Shown here piece by piece: positions 8,650-18,532 of a stretch of 64,000 bases of DNA. The translations under genes and the position numbers were made by a program. The notes below the pieces were generated by a model. It did not search any database and was not told where the DNA came from. It was given only the letters and a program-made list of their open reading frames with translations. Every line of letters starts with the position of its first letter. Position 1 is the stretch's first letter. Source of the DNA: Candidatus Kapaibacterium sp. (lineage in GTDB: Bacteria > Bacteroidota > Ignavibacteria > Kapaibacteriales > UBA2268); the NCBI GenBank assembly GCA_963665665.1, contig OY762428.1, positions 4,416,001-4,480,000 of the forward strand, written 5' to 3'.

Positions 8650-11335
8650 GATAAAAGAATTAAGGGCATTACGAGGACCCAATAGGCATACACGGCATCA
8701 CGCTATATTCATGGTTTTAGATATCAAGGAGTATGAAAACAGGCCTTCTGATAAAATCGAAGGGTTTAAGGACAGGCTTTTAGCACTTCTTCCTTCTCTA
8801 AGTGAACATGGTTGCTCAATTGGGAAACCAGGTGGATTTATTCAAAGGCTGCAAACCGGCACATGGGCAGGCCATATTATTGAGCACATAGCCATTGAGC
8901 TTCAATGTCTGGCCGGAATGGATATTGGATATGGAAAAACCCTTGATACTTTACAAGAAGGTGTCTACATAGTTGTTTTCCGTTACCGTGTAGAATCTGC
9001 AGGGTTAAAAGCTGCCAAAGAAGCAGTTTCATTATTTGAAGCAGTTGCAGAGGGAAGGTATTTCGATATGGAAAAGGTTGTTGCAACTCTCAAAATACTG
9101 CGTGAGGATGATATGTTAGGGCCAACTACCTGGAGTATTGTTAAAGAAGCAAAATCAAGAGGCATTCCATTCATTCGTTTAAATGAGAGTAGTTATATTC
9201 AATTAGGGTATGGCTCCCGTCAAAAAAGAATTCAAGCTTCTATTACAAGCCAAACTAATGCTATTGCTGTAGAAGCAGCTGATGAGAAGACCAGAATTAA
9301 AAAGCACTTGAAAAGATCCGGAATCCCTGTCCCATATGGCCAAATGGTTACTACTGAAGAAAAAGCAATTGAGGTTTTCAATGAAATTGGAGCCGCTGTT
9401 GTCGTTAAACCAGATGTAGGTAATCACGGTACGGGGACAACTATAAATATTTCTGATTTAGATCAATTAAAGGATTCTTTTAGAGTAGCCCAGGCGAAAC
9501 ATCCTAATGTAATTGTTGAAGAGTTCGTAAAAGGTTATGATTTCCGTTTTCTGGTTATTGATGGGAAGTTAGTTGCTGCTTCCAGGCGAGAACCGGCACA
9601 TATTATTGGTGATGGAAAATCTTCAATCAAAGAACTAATAGAAATAACTAATTCTGATCCATTGCGAGGATTTGGCCATGAAAAAGTTCTAACCCGGATT
9701 GAAATAGATAAGATGTCTGAAAGGATATTATCCTATGAAGGATTAACTAAGGATTCATGCCCTGCTGCAGGAGACAAAATATACTTAAAAGCAATTGCTA
9801 ATATCAGTCAGGGTGGTACCGCCACGGATGTTACAAATGAAGTAAGCCCATCTATACGCCTAATGGTTGAAAGAACAGCAAAAATAATAGGACTGGATTG
9901 TGTGGGAGTTGATGCATTGGCCACCAACATATCGTTACCAATAGTACAATCGGGTATAAAAGTCGTCGAAGTGAATGCAGCACCAGGCTTTAGAATGCAT
10001 TTAGAGCCAACAACTGGCCAACCCAGGAACGTAGCCAAACCATTAGTTGATATGTTATTCCCGGATGGCTATACTCAAATTCCCGTTTTGGCAGTTACAG
10101 GAACAAATGGTAAAACAACAACTTGTAAGTTAATTTCCCACACCTTGAAATATTCGGGGAAAAAAGTAGGTTTGGCTTGTACTACCGGCATACTCATTGA
10201 CGGTACCTCTATTATATCAGGCGACTATAGCGGTCCTGAAGGTGCTGGTATTGTTATCAGAGAACCAACCGTTGATCATATAGTATTGGAAGTAGCAAGA
10301 GGGGGAATCGTTAGACGCGGACTAGGAGTAGAGGAAATTGATGTGGGAGTCCTGCTAAATATCGGGAGTGATCATTTAGGGACAGACTGGATTGAAACAC
10401 AGGAAGATTTAAATCTAGTAAAGTCGACTGTATTAGAAGTTGTTAAAGAATCAGGAACTTCTGTATTAAATGCAGATGATAATGAAACAATGAGTGTTTT
10501 GAATCGTGCCCGGGGAAATATTATTTTATTTTCATTAGTTCAAAATAATCAGATACTTATTAATCATGTAAATGAAGAAGGAACTGTAGTCACTATAGAT
10601 AAAGAAAATGTTATTATTAGAAATAGTCAATTAGATATAGTAGTATGTACCCTGGAAGAAATCCCCATTACTTTTAATGGAATCATTGACTTTAATATAT
10701 CCAATTCTCTTGCTGCAATTGGGGCACTACATGGCTTAAACCTGCCAATAGAGCAAATTAGAAATGGGATTTTGACATTTTATCCTTCTGCGAACCAAAA
10801 TCCCGGACGAATGAATTTGTTTGACTTTCATAGATATAAGGTGCTTGTTGATTATGGTCATAATCCAGACTCAGTCCGAGCACTTGCAAGGTTGCTGCCT
10901 CGTATGTCTAAAGGTCGAAAAATTGCTTTATGCCATGGTACAGGTAGTAGAACTGATAAACAAATTATTGAGTATGGCAATGCCCTGGCTCTGGTTTATG
11001 ATTATATAGTTCTGGCAGATTTTGATCCTCGACAAAGGCCTTTAGGAGAAACACCGATGCTTGTACATGCGGGATTGATAAACGCAGGTTTTCATGAGGA
11101 AAACATTGAAATATTTCCAGATACAGAAAAAGCTGTTGATTACATTTTTTCAAAAGTTAAAGATGGAGATATATTAGTTATTCAACCCGATGAACTTGAG
11201 CCAGTAATGAGTCAGGTAATGGACAGATTTAAAAATATCAAACTAACAAATGGCAGACAAAAAGAGCATATAAATGTTAATAGGGTATTAACAACAGCGA
11301 TTCCTAAAAATAAAAATCTCAACATAGAGAATTGA
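8642..11335 (+). CDS. cphA: Cyanophycin synthetase CphA1
   Basis: N domain (CSIGKPGGF...GHIIEH), ATP-grasp (EVNAAPG), Mur-ligase domain (VTGTNGKTT, DYGHN). Confidence 0.97.
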   Translation: MIEIKELRALRGPNRHTRHHAIFMVLDIKEYENRPSDKIEGFKDRLLALLPSLSEHGCSIGKPGGFIQRLQTGTWAGHIIEHIAIELQCLAGMDIGYGKTLDTLQEGVYIVVFRYRVESAGLKAAKEAVSLFEAVAEGRYFDMEKVVATLKILREDDMLGPTTWSIVKEAKSRGIPFIRLNESSYIQLGYGSRQKRIQASITSQTNAIAVEAADEKTRIKKHLKRSGIPVPYGQMVTTEEKAIEVFNEIGAAVVVKPDVGNHGTGTTINISDLDQLKDSFRVAQAKHPNVIVEEFVKGYDFRFLVIDGKLVAASRREPAHIIGDGKSSIKELIEITNSDPLRGFGHEKVLTRIEIDKMSERILSYEGLTKDSCPAAGDKIYLKAIANISQGGTATDVTNEVSPSIRLMVERTAKIIGLDCVGVDALATNISLPIVQSGIKVVEVNAAPGFRMHLEPTTGQPRNVAKPLVDMLFPDGYTQIPVLAVTGTNGKTTTCKLISHTLKYSGKKVGLACTTGILIDGTSIISGDYSGPEGAGIVIREPTVDHIVLEVARGGIVRRGLGVEEIDVGVLLNIGSDHLGTDWIETQEDLNLVKSTVLEVVKESGTSVLNADDNETMSVLNRARGNIILFSLVQNNQILINHVNEEGTVVTIDKENVIIRNSQLDIVVCTLEEIPITFNGIIDFNISNSLAAIGALHGLNLPIEQIRNGILTFYPSANQNPGRMNLFDFHRYKVLVDYGHNPDSVRALARLLPRMSKGRKIALCHGTGSRTDKQIIEYGNALALVYDYIVLADFDPRQRPLGETPMLVHAGLINAGFHEENIEIFPDTEKAVDYIFSKVKDGDILVIQPDELEPVMSQVMDRFKNIKLTNGRQKEHINVNRVLTTAIPKNKNLNIEN

Positions 11336-11375
11336 TATTATAATTATTATTTAAACAAAAATATTGGGACAAATC

Positions 11376-11483
11376 ATGAAAATAAATGAAATAGTTCAAT
11401 TTGAACCGATTAAAGTAGTTGGAATATTTGAATACGAACCCTATTCTATTATAAGATAAAATATAATAATAAAATCTTCAAGT
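11376..11483 (+). pseudogene. 5' remnant of a second cupin gene
   Basis: MKINEIVQFEPIKVVGIFEYEPYSIIR*NIIIKSS aligns with VEIIEYEPHSVISKTIINKTT of 1924-2262. Confidence 0.6.
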
Positions 11484-11484
11484 A

Positions 11485-13812
11485 ATGAAAGACTATAAAA
11501 TGAAAAATCAAATAAAAAAAACAAATATCAAGCGTGTGGCATTTATTGGGAACTACTTGCCGCGCATGTGTGGAATAGCAACATTTACAACAGACTTGAG
11601 TGAAGCTATAGCTGCTGAATATCCAAATACAGCTTGCATTGCCGTACCTGTAAATGATATCGAAGGATATAAGTATCCTCCAAGGGTAAGGTTTGAATTA
11701 ACTGAAAGGGAAATTGAATCTTATCGCAGGGCATCGGATTTTTTGAACATTAATGATGTCGATATCGCATGCCTTCAATTTGAGTATGGCATATTCGGTG
11801 GCAAGGCGGGAAGCTACATTATTGCTCTTATGAGTGAGCTGCGAATGCCAATTGTAACTACATTACATACAATTCTTCGGGATCCCAACAATGAACAGCG
11901 GTCAGTGTTGGGTAAAGTAGCAGTCCTCTCGGACAGACTGGTTGTTATGAGTAAACGGGGCTCGGATTTTTTACAGGAAATTTATAATGTTCCGGCAGAT
12001 AAGATAGACCTAATTCACCACGGTATTCCGGACGTTCCTTTTATTGACCCGAGTTTCCATAAAGACAAGTTCAGCGTTGAAGGGAAAATAGTTTTGCTCA
12101 GTTTCGGCTTGCTATCCCCGAGTAAAGGTTATGAGAATGTCATTTCTGCTCTACCAAAAATATTGGAACAGTATCCGAATGTCGTATATATTATTGTTGG
12201 CGAGACTCATCCGCATGTAAAAAGGCAGGATGGAGAAGCTTATCGACTATCTCTGCAATGGTTGGCACAGGAAAAAGGCGTAGAAAACAATGTGATTTTT
12301 TATAACCGTTTTGTTAGTATAGAAGAACTAGTACAGTTTATAAGTGCGGCAGATATTTATCTTACTCCTTATCTAAATGAAGCACAGATTACTTCGGGAA
12401 CACTGGCATACACACTAGGTGCAGGAAAGGCAATAATATCGACACCTTATTGGTATGCCGAGGAAATGCTTGCAGAGGGAAGGGGGGTTCTGGTGCCATT
12501 TCATGATTACGAAGCTATTTCTGAACAAGTTGTCAGATTATTGTACGATGAAGAAAGCCGCCATGCAATGCGTAAAAGAGCGTATATATTAGGCAGGGAA
12601 ATGATATGGCCTAAAGCCGCACAAAGCTATATGAAGAGTTTTCAAACAGCTCGTAACGAACGAATGTATTCAACAAATATGCCGATACCATTAGTAAAGC
12701 CAATAAACGAAAAACAAGTGGATTTACCGCAACTTAAACTTGATCACTTATTGAGAATGACAGATAGTACCGGGATATTGCAACATTCGATTTTTTCTGT
12801 ACCAAATTATGAAGAAGGATATACAATTGACGACAATTCCAGAGCGCTGATTGTTAGCATCCTTATGGAATCATTATTTGATGGTGAAGCAACTAAACTG
12901 GCTTCTCGATACCTTGCATTTATATTATATGCATTCAATACTGATAACGGGAGATTCAGAAATTTTCTGAATTTCCAACGACAATGGCTGGAAGAAAGTG
13001 GCTCAGATGACAGCCATGGAAGAACATTATGGGCTTTGGGAACTGTATTAGGAAAATCTAAAACAGCATCATTTAAAAGATTAGCTGGTTGGCTGTTCGA
13101 ACAGGCTTTGCCGGCTATAACAGATATGACAAGTCCACGTGCATGGTCATTTGCTTTGATGGGCATCAACGAGTATTCCCATCGTTATAACGGCGACAGC
13201 AGGGTAAGTCATATTCGAATCGAATTAGCAAACCGATTATTAAATTTGTATAAAAAAAATAGAACTGATGATTGGAAATGGTTCGAAAATAGTCTTACTT
13301 ACTGCAATGCAGCATTATCACATGCATTGCTGATTTCAGGGAATTCGATTCCTAACAATGCGATGAAAGAAGCCGGTCTTGAATCTCTCAGATGGTTGGT
13401 TGATTTACAGATGTCAGATTTTAATGTCAGCCATTTTGTACCAATAGGCTCAAATGGGTTTTATCAAAAAGGCGGAGAACGGGCACGATTTGATCAACAA
13501 CCGGTTGAGGCGCAAGCCATGGTATCCGCCTGCCTCGAAGCATTTAAAATTACCGAAGAGAAATTTTGGCTTAAAAAAGCCCGCCTGGCTTTTGAATGGT
13601 TTCTTGGAAGAAATGATTTAAACTTGTCAATTTATGATCCCATTTCAGGCGGTTGTCGGGATGGATTGCATTCTGACAGATTAAACGAAAATCAAGGTGC
13701 AGAATCAACTTTATCATTTTTACAATCATCACTCGAAATTCGATTAAAAGAAAATGCAATATTAACTTTGGAAAAACATTATAATGAACAATCAATATCC
13801 CGAACTTCTTAA
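11485..13812 (+). CDS. GT4 glycosyltransferase fused to a glycosidase-like (alpha/alpha) domain
   Basis: CGIATFT, FGLLSPSKG, TSGTLAY in N-terminal half; YTIDDNSRAL, FDQQPVEA, NQGAEST in C-terminal half. Confidence 0.9.
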   Translation: MKDYKMKNQIKKTNIKRVAFIGNYLPRMCGIATFTTDLSEAIAAEYPNTACIAVPVNDIEGYKYPPRVRFELTEREIESYRRASDFLNINDVDIACLQFEYGIFGGKAGSYIIALMSELRMPIVTTLHTILRDPNNEQRSVLGKVAVLSDRLVVMSKRGSDFLQEIYNVPADKIDLIHHGIPDVPFIDPSFHKDKFSVEGKIVLLSFGLLSPSKGYENVISALPKILEQYPNVVYIIVGETHPHVKRQDGEAYRLSLQWLAQEKGVENNVIFYNRFVSIEELVQFISAADIYLTPYLNEAQITSGTLAYTLGAGKAIISTPYWYAEEMLAEGRGVLVPFHDYEAISEQVVRLLYDEESRHAMRKRAYILGREMIWPKAAQSYMKSFQTARNERMYSTNMPIPLVKPINEKQVDLPQLKLDHLLRMTDSTGILQHSIFSVPNYEEGYTIDDNSRALIVSILMESLFDGEATKLASRYLAFILYAFNTDNGRFRNFLNFQRQWLEESGSDDSHGRTLWALGTVLGKSKTASFKRLAGWLFEQALPAITDMTSPRAWSFALMGINEYSHRYNGDSRVSHIRIELANRLLNLYKKNRTDDWKWFENSLTYCNAALSHALLISGNSIPNNAMKEAGLESLRWLVDLQMSDFNVSHFVPIGSNGFYQKGGERARFDQQPVEAQAMVSACLEAFKITEEKFWLKKARLAFEWFLGRNDLNLSIYDPISGGCRDGLHSDRLNENQGAESTLSFLQSSLEIRLKENAILTLEKHYNEQSISRTS

Positions 13813-14725
13813 GCGAAACGAAAAAAATCCAATACTCACTGCAGATAATTGGACATATCCTGTTAACAGTGTATTTAACCCTGCCGCGGTTTTATTGCAA
13901 GATGGAACGACTCTGCTTTTATGTAGGGTTGAAGACAGGAACGGCAGGTCGCATCTTTGTGCAGCACGTTCGGTAAATGGAGTAGACGGATGGATTATAG
14001 ATAAAAAACCTACAATGATGCCGGAACCCAAAAAATACCCTGAGGAAATATGGGGAATTGAAGACCCTAGGATAACCTGGATACCGGAATTGAGTAAATT
14101 TGCACTCGTTTACACTGCCTATTCACGGGGCGGACCGGGAGTGGCATTAGCCTTTACCAAAGATTTTCTTTCTTTTGAACGATATGGCATAATCATGCAA
14201 CCTGACGACAAAGATGCAGCTTTGCTGCCACACAGGATAGGTGGGCATTGGGCATTAATACATCGTCCCATAAGTTCTAACAGAGCACATATCTGGATTT
14301 CCTACTCGCCGGATCTGCGTCATTGGGGAAGTCATAAATTAATATTAGAAGCAAGGAAGGGCGGTTGGTGGGATGCTAATAAAATCGGTTTGTCAACTCC
14401 ACCAATAAAGACTGAAGAAGGATGGTTGCTGATTTATCATGGTGTGAAGCAAAATGCGTCGGGTTGTATTTACAGGCTGGGACTTGCCTTATTTGATATA
14501 AAAAAACCTGAACTTTGTATTAAAAGATGTAATGATTGGATGTTTGGCCCTCAAGAACCTTATGAGCAGGAAGGCGATGTAAACAAAGTTGTCTTTCCCT
14601 GTGGCTATACTATTGCTTCTGATGGAGACACGATAAATATATATTATGGGGCTGCCGATATGTGTATTGCTCTTGCTACCGCAAGTATAAAGGAATTACT
14701 GGGATGGCTTAATAAGCAAGATTAA
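13784..14725 (+). CDS. GH130-family glycosidase/phosphorylase
   Basis: VFNPAA, GIEDPRIT, DKDAALLP, YYGAAD. Confidence 0.9.
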   Translation: MNNQYPELLKRNEKNPILTADNWTYPVNSVFNPAAVLLQDGTTLLLCRVEDRNGRSHLCAARSVNGVDGWIIDKKPTMMPEPKKYPEEIWGIEDPRITWIPELSKFALVYTAYSRGGPGVALAFTKDFLSFERYGIIMQPDDKDAALLPHRIGGHWALIHRPISSNRAHIWISYSPDLRHWGSHKLILEARKGGWWDANKIGLSTPPIKTEEGWLLIYHGVKQNASGCIYRLGLALFDIKKPELCIKRCNDWMFGPQEPYEQEGDVNKVVFPCGYTIASDGDTINIYYGAADMCIALATASIKELLGWLNKQD

Positions 14726-14880
14726 AATCAGGACTCTGGATATTCTTTTTGTATATAAAAAAGCTTCATCAGTGAATGGAATGGAAGGTTTAGAACACAG
14801 CTTCAAAACCATCGAAAGTATGGTTTTTTCTCGGATGGTTAGAGTTGAAATCAAGGAATTTCCATAATGATTACTTCTCA

Positions 14881-15153
14881 TCACCCCATCTCCCTAAAAA
14901 TCTTACCTACAACCCGTTCATTCATGCCAAGCTCCCTGGCAATCTTTTTGATCGGTATTTCTTTAGCATTGGCTTTTATGTATCGCTCTACCAGAGAGCG
15001 GAGAGATGTAAACATCGGGATCGAGACAGTTATTCCTCCCAATTCTCGGATAAGGGTTCTGGCCGTTTCAATACCGCAGGTTTCTGAAACTATCTGAAAA
15101 TGTTCCGGTAAGTCCTGTTCTTCAAGTAAGTTGATTATTTTGTCGTTTCTCAT
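14881..15153 (-). CDS. Mor-family transcription activator
   Basis: GIETARTLIRELGGITVSIP plus C-terminal HTH (IKKIARELGMNERVV). Confidence 0.8.
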   Translation of the reverse strand: MRNDKIINLLEEQDLPEHFQIVSETCGIETARTLIRELGGITVSIPMFTSLRSLVERYIKANAKEIPIKKIARELGMNERVVGKIFREMG

Positions 15154-15189
15154 TTATCTTCCTCTTTATTAATGATTCTTTGATACTAA

Positions 15190-15216
15190 GACTGACAGAT
15201 TCTAAGTCTGTCAGTC
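15190..15216. terminator. Hairpin between primase-helicase and Mor genes
   Basis: GACTGACAGA-ttctaag-TCTGTCAGTC perfect 10-bp stem; weak U tract. Confidence 0.5.
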
Positions 15217-15240
15217 GGTGAAATTAATATGTATATGCTG

Positions 15241-17073
15241 CTAAAAGCCTACGTCCTCGTCGTTTTTGTCCTCCCATGCTGTCAGCCAATCAGAAGGATA
15301 ACCCTCGTCGCAAAGTTTTACGTACTTATCCAGCTCATTGGATTTATTTCTACTGTCCTTTTCGATATAGCGTTGACAGGATACATCAAAATCGAACTTG
15401 GAGAAGCCGGTTTTCCCGATGAACTTGTGCTTAACCTTCTGAACGTAAACAATCGGATAGCTCGTTGTAAAATCCTCTGAGAACTGCCTGTACACCACCA
15501 TTCCATTGTCAGCTATGTTGAACCAGTTTGCCGAGCCGGAAATATCGTACAGAGTCGGCACTTCAAACAGCTTGCTGTCTTTTTTCCTTTGCATTTTCCG
15601 GGGGTGTGCGACCAGTACCAGGTGGATATCATGTATCCTTGCAAAGTATTTGAGCTGATTGAGGACTTTTCCGGTATAAATGGTTTCAGAATCGCTTCCA
15701 TACTGATGCTCGAGAGTATTCCATGGATCAAGTATAAGCCCTTTTATACCATGCTTTAGAACCAATCCGCTTGCAGCTTCAAGGATCCTCTCAAGCCTGT
15801 ATTCCTCATTATCAGGGAGGATAAAGAATATCTGATCATTTATGAAATCCCGGGCTTTTTCCATTTCTTCCATTGTCATGCGATTGTTGTACTCCTTCAG
15901 AAAAGGTTTGCCAACCAAGATTTCACATAACCTGAGTAAATGGATCTCGATCGTGGCATTCTCCGGAGAAAATATTCCCCAACGCCAACTGTGATTGATA
16001 GCAAGCTTAATCATCAGCTGATCCATGAAATTACTTTTACCATGAGAAGGAATTCCGGTAACAATTGTAAGCTGTGAACCATAGAAGGTCATCAGCTCGT
16101 CAAATTCCGGATACCCTGACTTTGCTCCCTGTGGAAATCCATTCTCGTACAAATCCTTTAGCTCTGCCATACGGTCATTGGCGTAGTGAACACCTTCGAC
16201 AGGATACATTTCAGCTTTCTCAATACATTCCCTGAGCTTATTCTTTCCATGCTTCATCAGGACTTCGTTTGCATCCTTGCAGTCGTTTGGATAGCGAACT
16301 ATCCAGGTGCGGTTTTTACCAAGCCTTCGGGCAAGTTCTTCTTTTAACCTTATTCCCGGACCATCAGAATCGGTAGCTATGTAAATCTTCCGGATATTCC
16401 TGAAATACTCCGAGCAGTTATCAAGGTATGTAAGCTTTGTATGTATCTGCTTTACATCCGGATTTATACCGCCATCAGGAACAGAAATAGCATTCCTGAA
16501 ACCGGCCACTTCGAATGAGAGTGCATCCATTTCCCCCTCGGTTATTATGCACTCTGTCTGATCTTTGATGTCATTCAGTTTATAGAAAATCTTGCTACCA
16601 CCTTTGACCTGCTGAAACACCTTTTGCCCATTCCGGTATTTAATGTTAACCAGCTTGTCGTCAAGATAGTAATTGAAGCAAATACAAGTATCTTCCTTGT
16701 TTAGTTGGGAGAGAAAGACTTTCTCAACAGTAATCTTGTTCCTATCCACAACTGCCTTTGGAATTTTCCTCATCTCAAAGAACTGATATACCTTATCCGA
16801 AGGAGATAAGGCATTGGATGTTATTGGTTTGGGTACAAATACTTTATGATTCTCCTGCTCATATAATCCCCCGGCATATCCGCAATGATGGCAGAACCAA
16901 GTACCTTTATCAACATTAACCGCCAGGCATTTGATGTTTTTATGAGACGGTTTCCGATATGGGGAACATTTAGGACAGGTAGTCCTCTGTTCACCGCCAC
17001 GGTTTATATTAATTCCGCTTATATTAAAATCTTCATATTGTCTGTTCATAAGCATATCTCTTGATTGTATCAA
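15241..17073 (-). CDS. Twinkle/T7 gp4-like primase-helicase
   Basis: Zn finger (CPKC...CHHC), TOPRIM (ITEGEMDALS, DSDGPG), SF4 helicase (GIPSHGKS, LILDPW, LVAHPRK, ISGSA). Confidence 0.95.
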   Translation of the reverse strand: MIQSRDMLMNRQYEDFNISGININRGGEQRTTCPKCSPYRKPSHKNIKCLAVNVDKGTWFCHHCGYAGGLYEQENHKVFVPKPITSNALSPSDKVYQFFEMRKIPKAVVDRNKITVEKVFLSQLNKEDTCICFNYYLDDKLVNIKYRNGQKVFQQVKGGSKIFYKLNDIKDQTECIITEGEMDALSFEVAGFRNAISVPDGGINPDVKQIHTKLTYLDNCSEYFRNIRKIYIATDSDGPGIRLKEELARRLGKNRTWIVRYPNDCKDANEVLMKHGKNKLRECIEKAEMYPVEGVHYANDRMAELKDLYENGFPQGAKSGYPEFDELMTFYGSQLTIVTGIPSHGKSNFMDQLMIKLAINHSWRWGIFSPENATIEIHLLRLCEILVGKPFLKEYNNRMTMEEMEKARDFINDQIFFILPDNEEYRLERILEAASGLVLKHGIKGLILDPWNTLEHQYGSDSETIYTGKVLNQLKYFARIHDIHLVLVAHPRKMQRKKDSKLFEVPTLYDISGSANWFNIADNGMVVYRQFSEDFTTSYPIVYVQKVKHKFIGKTGFSKFDFDVSCQRYIEKDSRNKSNELDKYVKLCDEGYPSDWLTAWEDKNDEDVGF

Positions 17074-17236
17074 TGAAAGCTAACTCTGCAGCTTCTTCTG
17101 CATTCATACCGCCATCGAACTCCATGAGAGCCGCTCTTTCCTGGAAGATAAAAAAGTCAATCTCCGGAAAGAGTTTCTTCCTGTACTTCTCATCAAGTTT
17201 GATGTATTTTTTATCTACTTCAATTTTCTGCTTCAT
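17033..17236 (-). CDS. Small phage replication-associated hypothetical protein
   Basis: FQERAALMEFDGG motif; co-oriented and overlapping the primase start. Confidence 0.65.
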   Translation of the reverse strand: MKQKIEVDKKYIKLDEKYRKKLFPEIDFFIFQERAALMEFDGGMNAEEAAELAFIDTIKRYAYEQTI

Positions 17237-17286
17237 ATCATAGCTTCCATAGAATCATTTTTCAATTATTAAACCCACTGTGTGGG

Positions 17287-17580
17287 TCATAAGACCATGT
17301 TTTCATGTGAAAAAAGTTTATTCTTAAATTCCAGAATATTTGCCGGCATCCATGTATTGTACGGCCAATTCATTGAGAATTCCAGCAATGTTTTCTCGAA
17401 CTCCTGTTTTGACCATTCCTGTTTCTGCATCAGCTCGAAAGTGAAATCCACTTTCTTGCGGAACCTGCTGCCGTCATTCAGAAGATCCTGGTCAGGAAAC
17501 AGTGAATCCATTATTGCCAGGAGTTCATTCTTCTGCTGTAATCCAAGCCGGTCTTTGGACTTTTGCTTTGCCTGAGCCAT
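17287..17580 (-). CDS. Hypothetical protein
   Basis: RBS GGAGG; in operon after the initiator gene. Confidence 0.65.
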   Translation of the reverse strand: MAQAKQKSKDRLGLQQKNELLAIMDSLFPDQDLLNDGSRFRKKVDFTFELMQKQEWSKQEFEKTLLEFSMNWPYNTWMPANILEFKNKLFSHENMVL

Positions 17581-18448
17581 TCAACCTCCTTTCCTGTTTG
17601 AATTTCTGAAGGAAAATGTCATAGTACATTACGCCGTCTTTGCTCTTATGTCGAAGCTTGCAGGCTGAAAGGAAGTTCCCTTTTTCACCCCAGAATGAAT
17701 CTTTCCGGGCCCATTCAGCGATTTGGTATATTTCATCCCGAGGCCGCTTATCTATGCGAATGAGCTTGTCGAAAGTATCACCCCAATTCCGAAAATCAGC
17801 ATCAGTGATTTTTTGAGTGGGTGGTAAAAGAGTCCTGAAGTATTCAGAAAATTTTTGTCCTTCCTCGGAAATCGAAGATTTCTGGGGAGAAGAAATAATA
17901 CTTTCTTTTTCTTTTATTTCCTTTCCTTTCTTTTCCTTTCCTTTGTTCAATTTTGTTCCCGAAGTGTTGAACACCTGATCGACATCTGTTCCGTTTCCGT
18001 TCCGTTTGTGTTCCTGTTCAGATGGATCATTGTTCAAATCCTGTTCATCATCAGCTTCATCCTGTTCAACTTTTTGCTGAGCTTTTGCCCTTCTCGCTTC
18101 TCCGGATTTCTTGCCTGCCAGTTGTTTCTTTTCTTTCAGTTCAGAAACCTTTTCTATCGACTGTAGGAGCCTTTTGGAGAACAGATAACCTTCATCATCA
18201 AGAACCAATAATTCAATTGTCTGAAGGAACTTTATGAACTCAAAGGCTTCCTCAGAGGATATTTTCAGCGACCAGGAAAATACTTCGAGGTTATCTTCAA
18301 ATTTTATCTTTCCGTTTTGCTCATGAAGCATTTCAATAAGCGCCCAAAACATCCCATATCCTGCCCATCCGTATTTAGACAGCAGTTTGATTATTTTCGG
18401 ATCCCTCACGGCATTGGCATCGTGTGAGAAATAATACGCTTCTTTCAT
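17525..18448 (-). CDS. DUF4373 (Lin1244/Lin1753-like) phage replication initiator
   Basis: YFSHDANA..DPKI..L...YG..GYG.FW..IE.L; AGKKSGEARR; KGKEKKGKE linker. Confidence 0.85.
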   Translation of the reverse strand: MKEAYYFSHDANAVRDPKIIKLLSKYGWAGYGMFWALIEMLHEQNGKIKFEDNLEVFSWSLKISSEEAFEFIKFLQTIELLVLDDEGYLFSKRLLQSIEKVSELKEKKQLAGKKSGEARRAKAQQKVEQDEADDEQDLNNDPSEQEHKRNGNGTDVDQVFNTSGTKLNKGKEKKGKEIKEKESIISSPQKSSISEEGQKFSEYFRTLLPPTQKITDADFRNWGDTFDKLIRIDKRPRDEIYQIAEWARKDSFWGEKGNFLSACKLRHKSKDGVMYYDIFLQKFKQERRLNGSGKAKVQRPAWITAEE

Positions 18449-18532
18449 TTATTTATATCCAGTTTGTTTTTATCATTATCATAATTTTAATTAGCAATGT
18501 GCTGGAATTATAAAATCACACGAGTGTGTCTT

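Noticed and set aside
14696-14884. 62-aa minus-strand ORF after Mor
   Set aside because: It overlaps the GH130 3' end and has no recognisable motif. It may be a truncated gene start at the cargo junction, but this is unsupported.
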